From IMG/VR virus record IMGVR_UViG_3300032270_000262, positions 1 to 26,420 of that record: a stretch of DNA of 26,420 nt; one strand, written 5' to 3'. The DNA comes from a virus. Its lineage: Duplodnaviria > Caudoviricetes. Under the pieces are notes generated by a model. The model saw nothing but the letters and a program-made list of their open reading frames with translations. It had not been told where the DNA came from and made no database searches. The first letter of the stretch is position 1. Each line of letters opens with the position of its first letter. Shown piece after piece: positions 9,428 to 17,200 of the stretch. The position numbers and the translations under genes are program-made.

Positions 9428-10051
9428 TTAGAGTGATAGGTCTGCTGCTGTTGCTGTGTAGTTTGTAGCAAATGAGACGTCAAAACCTTCATGTACAAGA
9501 GTCATTTCTTCTACCATGAGGGTGTTTCCGCCTGCATCAAGGTTGCTGTATCCAATGTTTGTAATCCAAGCATTATATACCTTGAACTTGATAGAGGCGT
9601 GTTGGTCACCTGCGTAACCAACTGTAGCTGTGTCTCCTGCCTTAGCCAAAGCCTTTGGGTTTGGGTGGCTTAGTACTGCAATCTCAAGATCGCAGCGGAA
9701 GTCTGCGCCTACACCTGATTGAGCTGTACCAGTAGACATAGCGAATAGACGCTTCATCCATAGTGAGTGCTCCTTCTGTCCAAGAGAGATACCCTTAGAT
9801 AGAGTGATTGGTGTAAACGAGCTTTGTCCTGGAAGCTGGTGGAAGTTAGTGTTGTATCCACCTTCACGATAAGCAATTGATTCTGTAGCCACAGTCAAGC
9901 CAGATACAGATACAAAGCCCATCTTTCCAAAGTTATCTCCCCATTTCTTATCGTCGCCCTTAGGGAGGAACTCGACTAGGAACTTAAAGTTACGGACTTG
10001 ATCCGTAGCAATTGTACTTAGTCTATTAGTTACGATTGTGTCATCGGCCAT
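9428..10051 (-). CDS. Tail tube protein (T4 gp19-like)
   Basis: RNFKFLVEF, GFVSVSGL, YREGG, LPGQSSFTPITLSKG, VYNAW, LDA...VEEMTLVHEGF; directly after the sheath gene. Confidence 0.93.
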   Translation of the reverse strand: MADDTIVTNRLSTIATDQVRNFKFLVEFLPKGDDKKWGDNFGKMGFVSVSGLTVATESIAYREGGYNTNFHQLPGQSSFTPITLSKGISLGQKEHSLWMKRLFAMSTGTAQSGVGADFRCDLEIAVLSHPNPKALAKAGDTATVGYAGDQHASIKFKVYNAWITNIGYSNLDAGGNTLMVEEMTLVHEGFDVSFATNYTATAADLSL

Positions 10052-10065
10052 GATTATCTATCTCC

Positions 10066-11604
10066 TTACGCTGATGCGCTACCGGTTAGTTGGCTGAGCT
10101 TGATGACGATGAACTCTGCAGGGTACTGCAAAGCTACACCGACTTCGAGGTTTACTCGGCCATTTTGGATATCTGAAAACGAAGTGGTTGAAGAGTCTAC
10201 CTTCACATAGAATGCCTGTGATGCAGATGTTCCACGAAGACCACCCTGTTGCCAGAAACTTAGAAGGAAAGAACCAAGAGCTGTGTTAAGACGCTTCCAG
10301 AGACCTGGATCGTTATTCTCAAACAAAGCAAACTGACTGCGGTTTTCTAGTTCTTTCTTGATATAAATCAAAGAGCGCTGGATATTGATATAGCGTTCGT
10401 TTGAAGTGTTGCGAAGAGTACGACCACCCATAACCACAATGCCCGCACCAGGAATTTGGCGGATGGCGTTGATTGGACGTGGGTTGTCGTTTAGGTCATC
10501 AAGCTCAGCATTTGTTAAAAGCTTTTCAGTAGCTACAACATTTGCTAGAGAGTTTGTAAGACCTGCTGGAGTCTTGAAGACACCTCGTGATGCGTCGGTT
10601 GCTAAGAACTGACCCACCATTGCAGCACCTGGAGCCTGAAGACGTGTAGCTCCACCAGAAGCACGAAGTGAATCTGGGATAAGAGTCCATGGATAGTACG
10701 CTGCTGCAACGCCACCGTCAGAATCTGGAGCTGCTGTAATAACGTCTGTTATAAAGGTTTGAGCTTCATTAACAGTCAATCCACGAGGTACGTCTACAAT
10801 TGCAAACGCATCTCCACGAAGTTGAGCATAGTTAATAACATCCCCTTGAATGTTAACTGCAAGGGTGCGATCATTAGTGCTTCCACTAGGTGCATAGATA
10901 TATGCAGCTGCTGGAACGTTAAACACTAATGGGTTTTGAATTGCGTCAAAAGTATTTAGAGAATCTGAATACTGTGTGCGTGTAGGTGTTGACCCATTAA
11001 CGCCACCGCTGAGAGCCTTTAGGCCATCAACTTCTGGGCGATCATCTGGAGCAACAGATGCTGAGTTCTGATCTGCAACACGGATATATGTTGAGCTAGC
11101 ATTGATTACTGAAACCACATAACGTGGGTCTGTAGTAACCATGCTTAGATCTGTGTATTGTTCTACAACAGTTCCAGTTACATATACAAGCAGTGCAAAT
11201 CGATCGTCAGTTCCTGCAGCTTTTACTTCAACAGCAACGTTGTTACCCCATGCGCCAGCATTTTCTGCTTCAACAAGAAGGGTGTTTAATGATGCCTGAG
11301 AACGGTCAGTAAGAACGATCGAGGCCTTTGCTGATCCTGTGCCAAGTACACGCTTTACGTATAGTTGACGACCGCCATTAGCAAAGAAGTTATAGGCAGC
11401 CCAGGTTGTTGGGTATGCATCATTCAATCCGCCAAAAGTCTTTGAGAATTCTGACCATGAGCTAAGTAACGCTGGAACAGTTGATGGGCCCTTTTCTAGA
11501 GCGCCAACAAAAGCACCAATTGCACTTCCGTTATCGCCAAGAGCGATTGACTGAGGCAAAGCTACTTCTTGAATGAATACGCCAGGTCTACTGTATGTAG
11601 TCAT
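10066..11604 (-). CDS. Contractile tail sheath protein
   Basis: YSRPGVFIQE, FFANGG, AAAYYPW, RGVFKTPAG, INAIRQIPGAGIVVMGGRTL, RYINIQR, FENND, PAEFIVI; SD AAGGAG upstream. Confidence 0.96.
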   Translation of the reverse strand: MTTYSRPGVFIQEVALPQSIALGDNGSAIGAFVGALEKGPSTVPALLSSWSEFSKTFGGLNDAYPTTWAAYNFFANGGRQLYVKRVLGTGSAKASIVLTDRSQASLNTLLVEAENAGAWGNNVAVEVKAAGTDDRFALLVYVTGTVVEQYTDLSMVTTDPRYVVSVINASSTYIRVADQNSASVAPDDRPEVDGLKALSGGVNGSTPTRTQYSDSLNTFDAIQNPLVFNVPAAAYIYAPSGSTNDRTLAVNIQGDVINYAQLRGDAFAIVDVPRGLTVNEAQTFITDVITAAPDSDGGVAAAYYPWTLIPDSLRASGGATRLQAPGAAMVGQFLATDASRGVFKTPAGLTNSLANVVATEKLLTNAELDDLNDNPRPINAIRQIPGAGIVVMGGRTLRNTSNERYINIQRSLIYIKKELENRSQFALFENNDPGLWKRLNTALGSFLLSFWQQGGLRGTSASQAFYVKVDSSTTSFSDIQNGRVNLEVGVALQYPAEFIVIKLSQLTGSASA

Positions 11605-11648
11605 AGGTATTTCTCCTTGGGTTTAGGTTGTTTTCTAGTGAGTCCAAA

Positions 11649-12248
11649 TTATGTTTGAATGGTAGTGAACGGAGTTGGTTGGTATTCGAGAGAGATATTT
11701 GGATCTTGGGTAACAGGGTAAACCTGTACGAATTGATCTCTGAATAGTTCAGAGCTTATTCTTACCGTATAGATGTTTCTAAACAAGCGCTTGTCCTGTT
11801 CAGTAGTATCTCTTTTGGTAAACCCAAGCATATCTAGACGACGGATCGTTCCGTCCTCAGGTATTTCTAGGCCACCAAATCTAAGAGGCAGACGGGTTGG
11901 TCGTGTTAACTCGTACATGAGCTGCCGATCATGTCGAGGCTGACGAGCATATGTAGTAATCTGATAGTCAAGGTTGACTGGGATAGGTGCATCTGTCATA
12001 AAATCTTCATCAGGATCTACTCCCTCAGGTGTATACCCTAGTGGAATGTATCCGCGATACTCTCGCTCTTGCGCTACAGCTAAATTAATTAAGTCAATAG
12101 TTATATATGGATACGATTGAAAACGAATTTCAGCATCAGGTTGTCCAAACCATACGCCAACAGGACGGGCTGGATTACCAGAATCAGCCACAGTGATTCC
12201 TGTCAAGGCTGCTTTAAGTGCTTTATCTTCATTAAGAATAAATGGCAT
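11649..12248 (-). CDS. Tail terminator / tail completion protein
   Basis: YPYITIDL...PIPVNLDYQITTYARQPRHDRQL pattern and position immediately upstream of the sheath gene. Confidence 0.7.
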   Translation of the reverse strand: MPFILNEDKALKAALTGITVADSGNPARPVGVWFGQPDAEIRFQSYPYITIDLINLAVAQEREYRGYIPLGYTPEGVDPDEDFMTDAPIPVNLDYQITTYARQPRHDRQLMYELTRPTRLPLRFGGLEIPEDGTIRRLDMLGFTKRDTTEQDKRLFRNIYTVRISSELFRDQFVQVYPVTQDPNISLEYQPTPFTTIQT

Positions 12249-12568
12249 TAGATAAGACCAGCCTTTCTTAAGACCTTATCAAAGTGTGCCACAGATTCTG
12301 TGTCATTAATACCGGCAATAAATTGACGCACTATTGGGTTAGGTGGGGTGGACTCTGTTCCAAATTCCGCATCCTCAATAGCATTTGCATGCCTCTTTGG
12401 GTAGGCAACCTGGTACTTGCTCTCTGTAGATACGACGCGAAGATGTCTAGATGCGTCAGTAGACCACCCGGACTCGTACGCTTTTCTGCGGAGTTGGGCG
12501 GTAAGTTTATTTGATGAGTGCTGCTGTCCCTGTTCTAATGACTTTACGATGAAGTTATGTATCTTCAC
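12248..12568 (-). CDS. Putative neck / tail-completion protein (HK97 gp10-like)
   Basis: AEFGT....P.P..R motif; position before the terminator gene; GTG start overlapping the upstream TGA. Confidence 0.5.
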   Translation of the reverse strand: MKIHNFIVKSLEQGQQHSSNKLTAQLRRKAYESGWSTDASRHLRVVSTESKYQVAYPKRHANAIEDAEFGTESTPPNPIVRQFIAGINDTESVAHFDKVLRKAGLI

Positions 12569-12726
12569 TTTTTCCTGATTTTCGAGGAGAGTAGGTATCC
12601 GGCTACGAATCCCACAGCTGTGGCTTTACGTCCCTTTTCAGGCGTAGCGCCAATCAGTCCTCGGACAAACTCTTCTTTATCGACGTCTGTCTCAGCTTGC
12701 AATAATTTTCTAGCAAGGTTAATCAT
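12565..12726 (-). CDS. Small hypothetical protein (53 aa) with hydrophobic C-terminus
   Basis: MINLARKLLQAETDVDKEEFVRGLIGATPEKGRKATAVGFVAGYLLSSKIRKK. Strong GGAGG at 12734-12738 supports ATG 12726 over the track start at 12789. Confidence 0.7.
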   Translation of the reverse strand: MINLARKLLQAETDVDKEEFVRGLIGATPEKGRKATAVGFVAGYLLSSKIRKK

Positions 12727-12800
12727 CGTAAATCCTCCAAATGAAGGTGCAGGGTAAAGCAGCAGGGTTCCGGATTTCTCCGGCGTCAAGATAAAGGATA
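12727..12800 (-). promoter_or_regulatory. Candidate promoter and structured 5' leader of the tail operon
   Basis: TATCCT (-10-like TANNNT, 12795-12800), hairpin CCGGA-GAAA-TCCGG (12770-12783), ACCCTGC twice (12762-12768, 12749-12755), then SD GGAGG. Confidence 0.4.
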
Positions 12801-12803
12801 AAT

Positions 12804-12827
12804 GAAAAAGCCCCCATTTAGGGGGCT
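12804..12827 (-). terminator. Rho-independent terminator
   Basis: AGCCCCC-TAAAT-GGGGGCT followed by a T-run, just after the stop of the 84-aa gene. Confidence 0.8.
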
Positions 12828-12833
12828 AAGTCA

Positions 12834-13088
12834 TTACTTCTTTTTGGACTTCTTCTCTCGCTTGTCCTCGGCCTTTTCACCCTTCTTGCCTTCCTTGGCT
12901 TCGTGGCGCTTTTCCATAGCCTTAATCTTCTTTACGTTTTTGACGTCCATCTTACGGTCGTCTTCCTGGGACTTAGGCTTACGGTGCTTCTTGTCCATCT
13001 TTTCAAACTTCTCTTTTTGTTCTTTATCAAGACCCTTAGTTGTCTTGGCGTCCTGCTTCTTATCTGAAGCTTTTGTGTATTTAGACAT
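12834..13088 (-). CDS. Small Lys-rich highly charged protein (84 aa)
   Basis: ORF track; K/D/E-rich; TAATG-coupled to the upstream peptide; ends before the terminator. Confidence 0.75.
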   Translation of the reverse strand: MSKYTKASDKKQDAKTTKGLDKEQKEKFEKMDKKHRKPKSQEDDRKMDVKNVKKIKAMEKRHEAKEGKKGEKAEDKREKKSKKK

Positions 13089-13231
13089 TACATTCCCTTC
13101 TTTCTAACCATATTGGACTTCTTGGCCTTGCCTTTGGAATCCTTCTTTTTAGCGTACTTCTTATTGGCAGCGGCTAGAGTCTTTTCGCCGTGCTTATCTT
13201 TTGGCTTCATGCAGCCACAGGTGGCGCACAT
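13088..13231 (-). CDS. Small Lys-rich peptide with N-terminal CxxCxC (47 aa)
   Basis: Manual translation MCATCGCMKPKDKHGEKTLAAANKKYAKKKDSKGKAKKSNMVRKKGM; TAATG overlaps at both ends. Confidence 0.75.
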   Translation of the reverse strand: MCATCGCMKPKDKHGEKTLAAANKKYAKKKDSKGKAKKSNMVRKKGM

Positions 13232-13392
13232 TACTTCTTCTTCTTTCGGAGGGCAGCAAAGTCTGAGCCTTCTAGCTTGCCGTCTTTGTCTGTATCAAGC
13301 TTCTTCTGCTTAGGAGATAGTTTCTTAGAGCCCTTCTTGCAAGTACCCTTACAGCCTGGCTTTGAACATCCGCATCCACATGATTTACACAT
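13231..13392 (-). CDS. Small Cys/Lys-rich peptide with EF-hand-like loop (53 aa)
   Basis: Manual translation MCKSCGCGCSKPGCKGTCKKGSKKLSPKQKKLDTDKDGKLEGSDFAALRKKKK; TAATG overlaps at both ends. Confidence 0.75.
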   Translation of the reverse strand: MCKSCGCGCSKPGCKGTCKKGSKKLSPKQKKLDTDKDGKLEGSDFAALRKKKK

Positions 13393-13532
13393 TATTTTTT
13401 ACCTTTCGTAGTTTTCTTCTTAACTTTCTTTGGTAGATCTTTACCCTTTGGGGTTTCCTTTTCCCAACGTTTAGCCATCTCAGGCTTGTTGACGTGCATC
13501 CATTTCCTTTGGTCATCTGACTTAAACGGCAT
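13392..13532 (-). CDS. Small basic peptide (46 aa)
   Basis: Manual translation MPFKSDDQRKWMHVNKPEMAKRWEKETPKGKDLPKKVKKKTTKGKK; TAATG overlaps at both ends. Confidence 0.75.
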   Translation of the reverse strand: MPFKSDDQRKWMHVNKPEMAKRWEKETPKGKDLPKKVKKKTTKGKK

Positions 13533-14149
13533 TAGACGTCACCCGGATGCCCTTCAGGATTTTCATAGAATGAGTATTGATCCCTGGCACCAAATGGTGT
13601 ATAGGAAGCGTACTCTGCAAACTGTGGGTCGTTGACCAGCTCTTCTGCGTTTACTTGGTGTAGAACAACTCCAAACAAAGTGTAGTCGTTAGTAATAATT
13701 CCTTTAGGAAGAATTTGACGTGGGCTAAAGACTTCATTCTTAAAGACAACTCGGTCTCTTAAGAAAGCATCTGGGTTGGTTGGTAGGGCACGTAGCTCAG
13801 GAATTGTAATTGCGTCTGAAGTCGACAAATGACTACCTTCAGATATATCCATGTTAACTGTAACGGTAAGTACGTCAGTATTGTAGAAACCTCGGTCATT
13901 AGGAACTGTCATACCCTGAGTCAGGGTGGCGTTGATCACAGGTATGTGATACGGACCCTTCCAACGACGACCGCCGGTATTAGAACCTACATCGTAGATT
14001 GGATCTACCACAGTAGCGACTGGGTCATACAGCCACCACTCTAGTTCGTAACCTACTGTACGTACTATTTCTTTTGTGGTGCCGTGAATGATAGATGATC
14101 TTTCATGGTTGATAGTAAACCTAGACCCCTCAACACGTTCACCTCTCAT
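13532..14149 (-). CDS. Probable head closure / neck protein
   Basis: VDPIYDVG...RRWKGPYHIPVI...GFYNTDVL...DRVVFKNEVF suggests a beta-rich head-closure fold; position upstream of tail completion genes. Confidence 0.55.
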   Translation of the reverse strand: MRGERVEGSRFTINHERSSIIHGTTKEIVRTVGYELEWWLYDPVATVVDPIYDVGSNTGGRRWKGPYHIPVINATLTQGMTVPNDRGFYNTDVLTVTVNMDISEGSHLSTSDAITIPELRALPTNPDAFLRDRVVFKNEVFSPRQILPKGIITNDYTLFGVVLHQVNAEELVNDPQFAEYASYTPFGARDQYSFYENPEGHPGDV

Positions 14150-14151
14150 GG

Positions 14152-14376
14152 CTACTCCTTTTCAGGCTTTGTAAAAGTAGATGTTTCTGGGTCGTAAGTA
14201 GCGTTAGGGACAAGGTTTGACAGATCTTCGTTTGAAGTACGGTCGGTTACGTCAAGGATTAACGGTTCGCTTAAAAAAATAGCAGCAAGACGTTCGTCTG
14301 TATGTAGGATATCTGTTACTACATTATCAATAATAAATGCCAACTTAATAGGTGGCAAAGGTTTTTCTTCGGCCAT
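14152..14376 (-). CDS. Hypothetical protein (74 aa), possibly fibre-associated
   Basis: ORF track; ends ATYDPETSTFTKP, reminiscent of small tail-fibre assembly proteins; TAATG-coupled. Confidence 0.65.
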   Translation of the reverse strand: MAEEKPLPPIKLAFIIDNVVTDILHTDERLAAIFLSEPLILDVTDRTSNEDLSNLVPNATYDPETSTFTKPEKE

Positions 14377-14612
14377 TACATTTCCTCCTTATAGGATACT
14401 TGTACTGCTTCCCACTTGTGTAAAGGACAGGACGCATTTGGAAGCTTTGTCTTAAGCTTCATAATGCAACCACACTCTTTGCATTGAGAGGTTGCTTTAA
14501 TAAATTTGTCGCACCCACGGCAGATGTCAAGCCGTTGTGAAGCAATGTCTGTTTCTACTCGTCCAATATTTTTATTGAACAAATCCCATGGTCTAGCCGG
14601 TCTGTCGCTCAT
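14376..14612 (-). CDS. Small six-Cys putative metal-binding protein (78 aa)
   Basis: CRGC-x9-CKECGC-x12-CPLHKW. Confidence 0.75.
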   Translation of the reverse strand: MSDRPARPWDLFNKNIGRVETDIASQRLDICRGCDKFIKATSQCKECGCIMKLKTKLPNASCPLHKWEAVQVSYKEEM

Positions 14613-14620
14613 ATGCTCTC

Positions 14621-16390
14621 CTAAATAGTAGCCAAGAAGTTATCGGTTGTAGAGCCCTGACTTCCTGTGGAAGGGCCCTTAATTATACCCACAGATGTTC
14701 CCCTGGTTGGGTTGGATGCTGTAAAGCTTAGAGTAGATCCTACCTGGGATCCGGTCAAGTTAGACCCTGAGTAGGCAGAAGAAGTTATTACGCTGCCTAC
14801 GGTGGTTACGTATACAGACCCTACGGTAGAGAATCCAGAGGTGTTAGTAGCCAAGTTTAAAGTAGAAGCTACAGCAACAGTTCCAGACACAGAGCTAACC
14901 AATACAAGGTCGCTAGTATAGGTAGTTACGCTTCTAGTAGATGTAAAGCAAGAGTATGTAGGGACATTCCTAGTTGCTGTAAAACAAGAGTAGAAGGTAG
15001 GTTGTACTACTTGAGAAGTAAAGCAGCTGTAGGTAATCGGGTTGTTAACTGAGCGTGTTGAGGTATAGCAGCTGTAGGTAATTGGATTATTAACTAAACG
15101 AGTAGAGGTGTAGCAGCTATAAGTAATTGGATTAGCCACGTTGCGAGTAGAGGTGTAGCAATAATATGAAGTGTAGGTAAACGGTACTGTCGTAGTGTTA
15201 CAAGACCAAGATCCCGCTGTAGTAGTTGTTGTTGCACAGTAGCTATAGTTAGCTCCAGCGGTGGTTCCGTTACAGGTTTTTTGTTGAACTTCACTACCAG
15301 TACAATAACCACTAAATAAGTTAATAAGTCTACAACTTGTACTTGTAGATCCTGCACTTTGAACAGGAATATCACAGCACCCTGAAAGGTCAAAAATATT
15401 AGCTGCGGTTCTTACACCTCCGGAACAATAGCTAGAGTTTACAGTCTGGGAGAACTCTCCAGAACAAGCGTCTAATGGGCAACCAAAACCATAGGTCTCT
15501 ACACGACCTTGGTCGCAAACAGGAGTTGTACCACCTCCGCCTTGGCTAACTCCAGAACAACATTGATTTGATGGGGGGTTGCTAGAGCTAGTTACCTGAC
15601 TCTGGTCGCAAACATTGCTTTGACCACCTCCGCCTTGGCTAACTCCAGAACAACATTGATTTGATGGGGGGTTACTAGTACTTGTTACTTGGCTTTGGTC
15701 GCAAACAGTGCTGGTACCGCCACCGCCTTGGCTAACTCCAGAACAACATTGATTTGATGGAGGGTTGCTAGTACTTGTTACTTGGTTTCCTGTACAGGTT
15801 GATCCGCCTCCGCTCGTAGTTACTCCAGAGCAACAGTTAGGTGAAGGAGGGTTGTATTGAGTTGTTACCTGAGTTTGATCACAAACAGCCTGCGAACCAG
15901 TAGTTACTCCAGAGCAACAGCTAGCAGAGGGTGGGTTATTAAAGTTAGTTACTAAACCTTGATCGCAAAATGTATTTGTAACAGATGTATATCGTGGGTA
16001 GCTTGCCCACCAAGATCCTGAATCTGTAACCCAAAACGCTGGACCTACACCGCCAGTAGTATCAGTCTGAATCTTTACATCAGTATTACCTAAGTTAATA
16101 GAAGCTAAGGGATAACTAGATTCAGCATCGTCTGAGATAGCGCTGTTAGATCCACTAATACGCCAGTTGCCACGAGTAGCATTCCATGCTTGACCTGAAT
16201 CAGCTGTTCCTAGCCCTGTTGCTGTAGAGGCTCTATTAAAAGCATCTTGTATTTTAGATGCAAACCATTGTTTCCAAGCGCCACCAACTTTAATGTAGCC
16301 AGAAGTAGCGGTCTTCCATTGACCGCCAACTTTTACAGAAAGACTAGTAATAGTCTTCCAGGCACCATTAACTTTGGATTGACCAGGCAT
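14621..16390 (-). CDS. Cys-rich putative adhesin / receptor-binding protein
   Basis: N-terminal KVxGxWK x3; beta-rich N- and C-terminal segments (possibly one lectin-like sandwich) interrupted by a ~340-aa insertion containing 32 Cys. Confidence 0.7.
   Translation of the reverse strand: MPGQSKVNGAWKTITSLSVKVGGQWKTATSGYIKVGGAWKQWFASKIQDAFNRASTATGLGTADSGQAWNATRGNWRISGSNSAISDDAESSYPLASINLGNTDVKIQTDTTGGVGPAFWVTDSGSWWASYPRYTSVTNTFCDQGLVTNFNNPPSASCCSGVTTGSQAVCDQTQVTTQYNPPSPNCCSGVTTSGGGSTCTGNQVTSTSNPPSNQCCSGVSQGGGGTSTVCDQSQVTSTSNPPSNQCCSGVSQGGGGQSNVCDQSQVTSSSNPPSNQCCSGVSQGGGGTTPVCDQGRVETYGFGCPLDACSGEFSQTVNSSYCSGGVRTAANIFDLSGCCDIPVQSAGSTSTSCRLINLFSGYCTGSEVQQKTCNGTTAGANYSYCATTTTTAGSWSCNTTTVPFTYTSYYCYTSTRNVANPITYSCYTSTRLVNNPITYSCYTSTRSVNNPITYSCFTSQVVQPTFYSCFTATRNVPTYSCFTSTRSVTTYTSDLVLVSSVSGTVAVASTLNLATNTSGFSTVGSVYVTTVGSVITSSAYSGSNLTGSQVGSTLSFTASNPTRGTSVGIIKGPSTGSQGSTTDNFLATI
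15010..15160. repeat. Tandem 45-bp coding repeat, about 3 copies (YSCYTSTRxVNNPIT)
   Basis: gcagct(g/a)ta(g/a)gtaat recurs at 15023, 15068 and 15113. Confidence 0.9.
15510..15790. repeat. Tandem 93-bp coding repeat, about 3 copies (CDQSQVTSxSNPPSNQCCSGVSQGGGGxxxV)
   Basis: cttggctaactccagaacaacattgatttgatgg recurs at 15541, 15634 and 15727. Confidence 0.93.
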
Positions 16391-16626
16391 TATACGTATT
16401 GCACCCAGATATCTCCATCAGAGCCCTGACCTGAGGTAGGGGCGCTAGTGGATACGGTGATGTTACGCACTACAGTTTGTGAAGTACTTGCAGTAGTTAC
16501 TGCACCATTTACTACGTTTACCGCACCAATAGCTGTTGGGTTAATACCTAAGCTAGCTGGATTTAGCTGTGGGCTACCAAATGATTCCCATTGAGCGGTA
16601 CCAGAGTTCCATCGTTTTACTGCCAT
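16390..16626 (-). CDS. Short fibre adapter protein (78 aa)
   Basis: N-terminal KRWNSGTAQW and C-terminal STSAPTSGQGSDGDIWVQYV, both motifs typical of phage fibres. Confidence 0.7.
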   Translation of the reverse strand: MAVKRWNSGTAQWESFGSPQLNPASLGINPTAIGAVNVVNGAVTTASTSQTVVRNITVSTSAPTSGQGSDGDIWVQYV

Positions 16627-17198
16627 TAGTTAACTCCATACACTAGGGCTGTTCCACCGGTGAAGGTACCTGTAGAAACAGAAATAGTCATCTTTGTAAG
16701 TGCTGTGGTTTGGGTGTAAGCATTAGTGCTATCAAGAATAGTAACTGTGTTTGAGGCGTTTGTGTATACGCCTTTGAGGTATCCCCACGCAAAGCTTGCT
16801 GTATCTTGAGTGTCCACAATGTCTAGTGTCCAGTGGTTAGTTGTTACTGCAGATTTTACGTTTGCAATGCTAAAGAGAGAAGTTCCGGTTACGTAGTTAG
16901 AACTATTGTCATTAAGAGTTATGTTTACAGTTGCGTTTGCTGAAGTCTGAACTCCACGGAATACAACGTATACATCTTTATACTCAGTTACGATTGATAG
17001 ATCTCTTGAAGAAAAAGTGTTTAGGGATACGGTAGAGATCAGGTTCTTTCCAGCATTATTAAGAACGTCTGAGTCAAACCATATATCTCCATCTACCGGA
17101 GTGGTTGGGGTGTTAGGCCCCATAAAAAGGCGCTTGCCTGGTCGGTCATCTGTAAAGACAACAGGACCTGTAGGCTGACCGTTATTTTGTACGGCCAT
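16626..17198 (-). CDS. Putative virion fibre / appendage protein (190 aa)
   Basis: PTTPVDGDIWFD motif; Thr/Ser-rich beta domain ending GTFTGGTALVYGV. Confidence 0.65.
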   Translation of the reverse strand: MAVQNNGQPTGPVVFTDDRPGKRLFMGPNTPTTPVDGDIWFDSDVLNNAGKNLISTVSLNTFSSRDLSIVTEYKDVYVVFRGVQTSANATVNITLNDNSSNYVTGTSLFSIANVKSAVTTNHWTLDIVDTQDTASFAWGYLKGVYTNASNTVTILDSTNAYTQTTALTKMTISVSTGTFTGGTALVYGVN

Positions 17199-17200
17199 AG

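Noticed and set aside
1-12248. Bacterial eCIS / tailocin / T6SS interpretation of the tail genes
   Set aside because: Neck-like genes, a long tape measure with a frameshifted chaperone, phage-style fibres and the absence of host genes favour a phage, although capsid and terminase genes are outside the window.
12727-12789. Track start at 12789 extending the small ORF to 74 aa
   Set aside because: The extension runs through the hairpin leader; the strong SD points to ATG 12726.
15010-15790. Repeats as a CRISPR array or DGR template/variable repeat pair
   Set aside because: Periods are multiples of three within an ORF, there are no unique spacers or adenine-specific mismatches, and no cas or reverse transcriptase gene is present.
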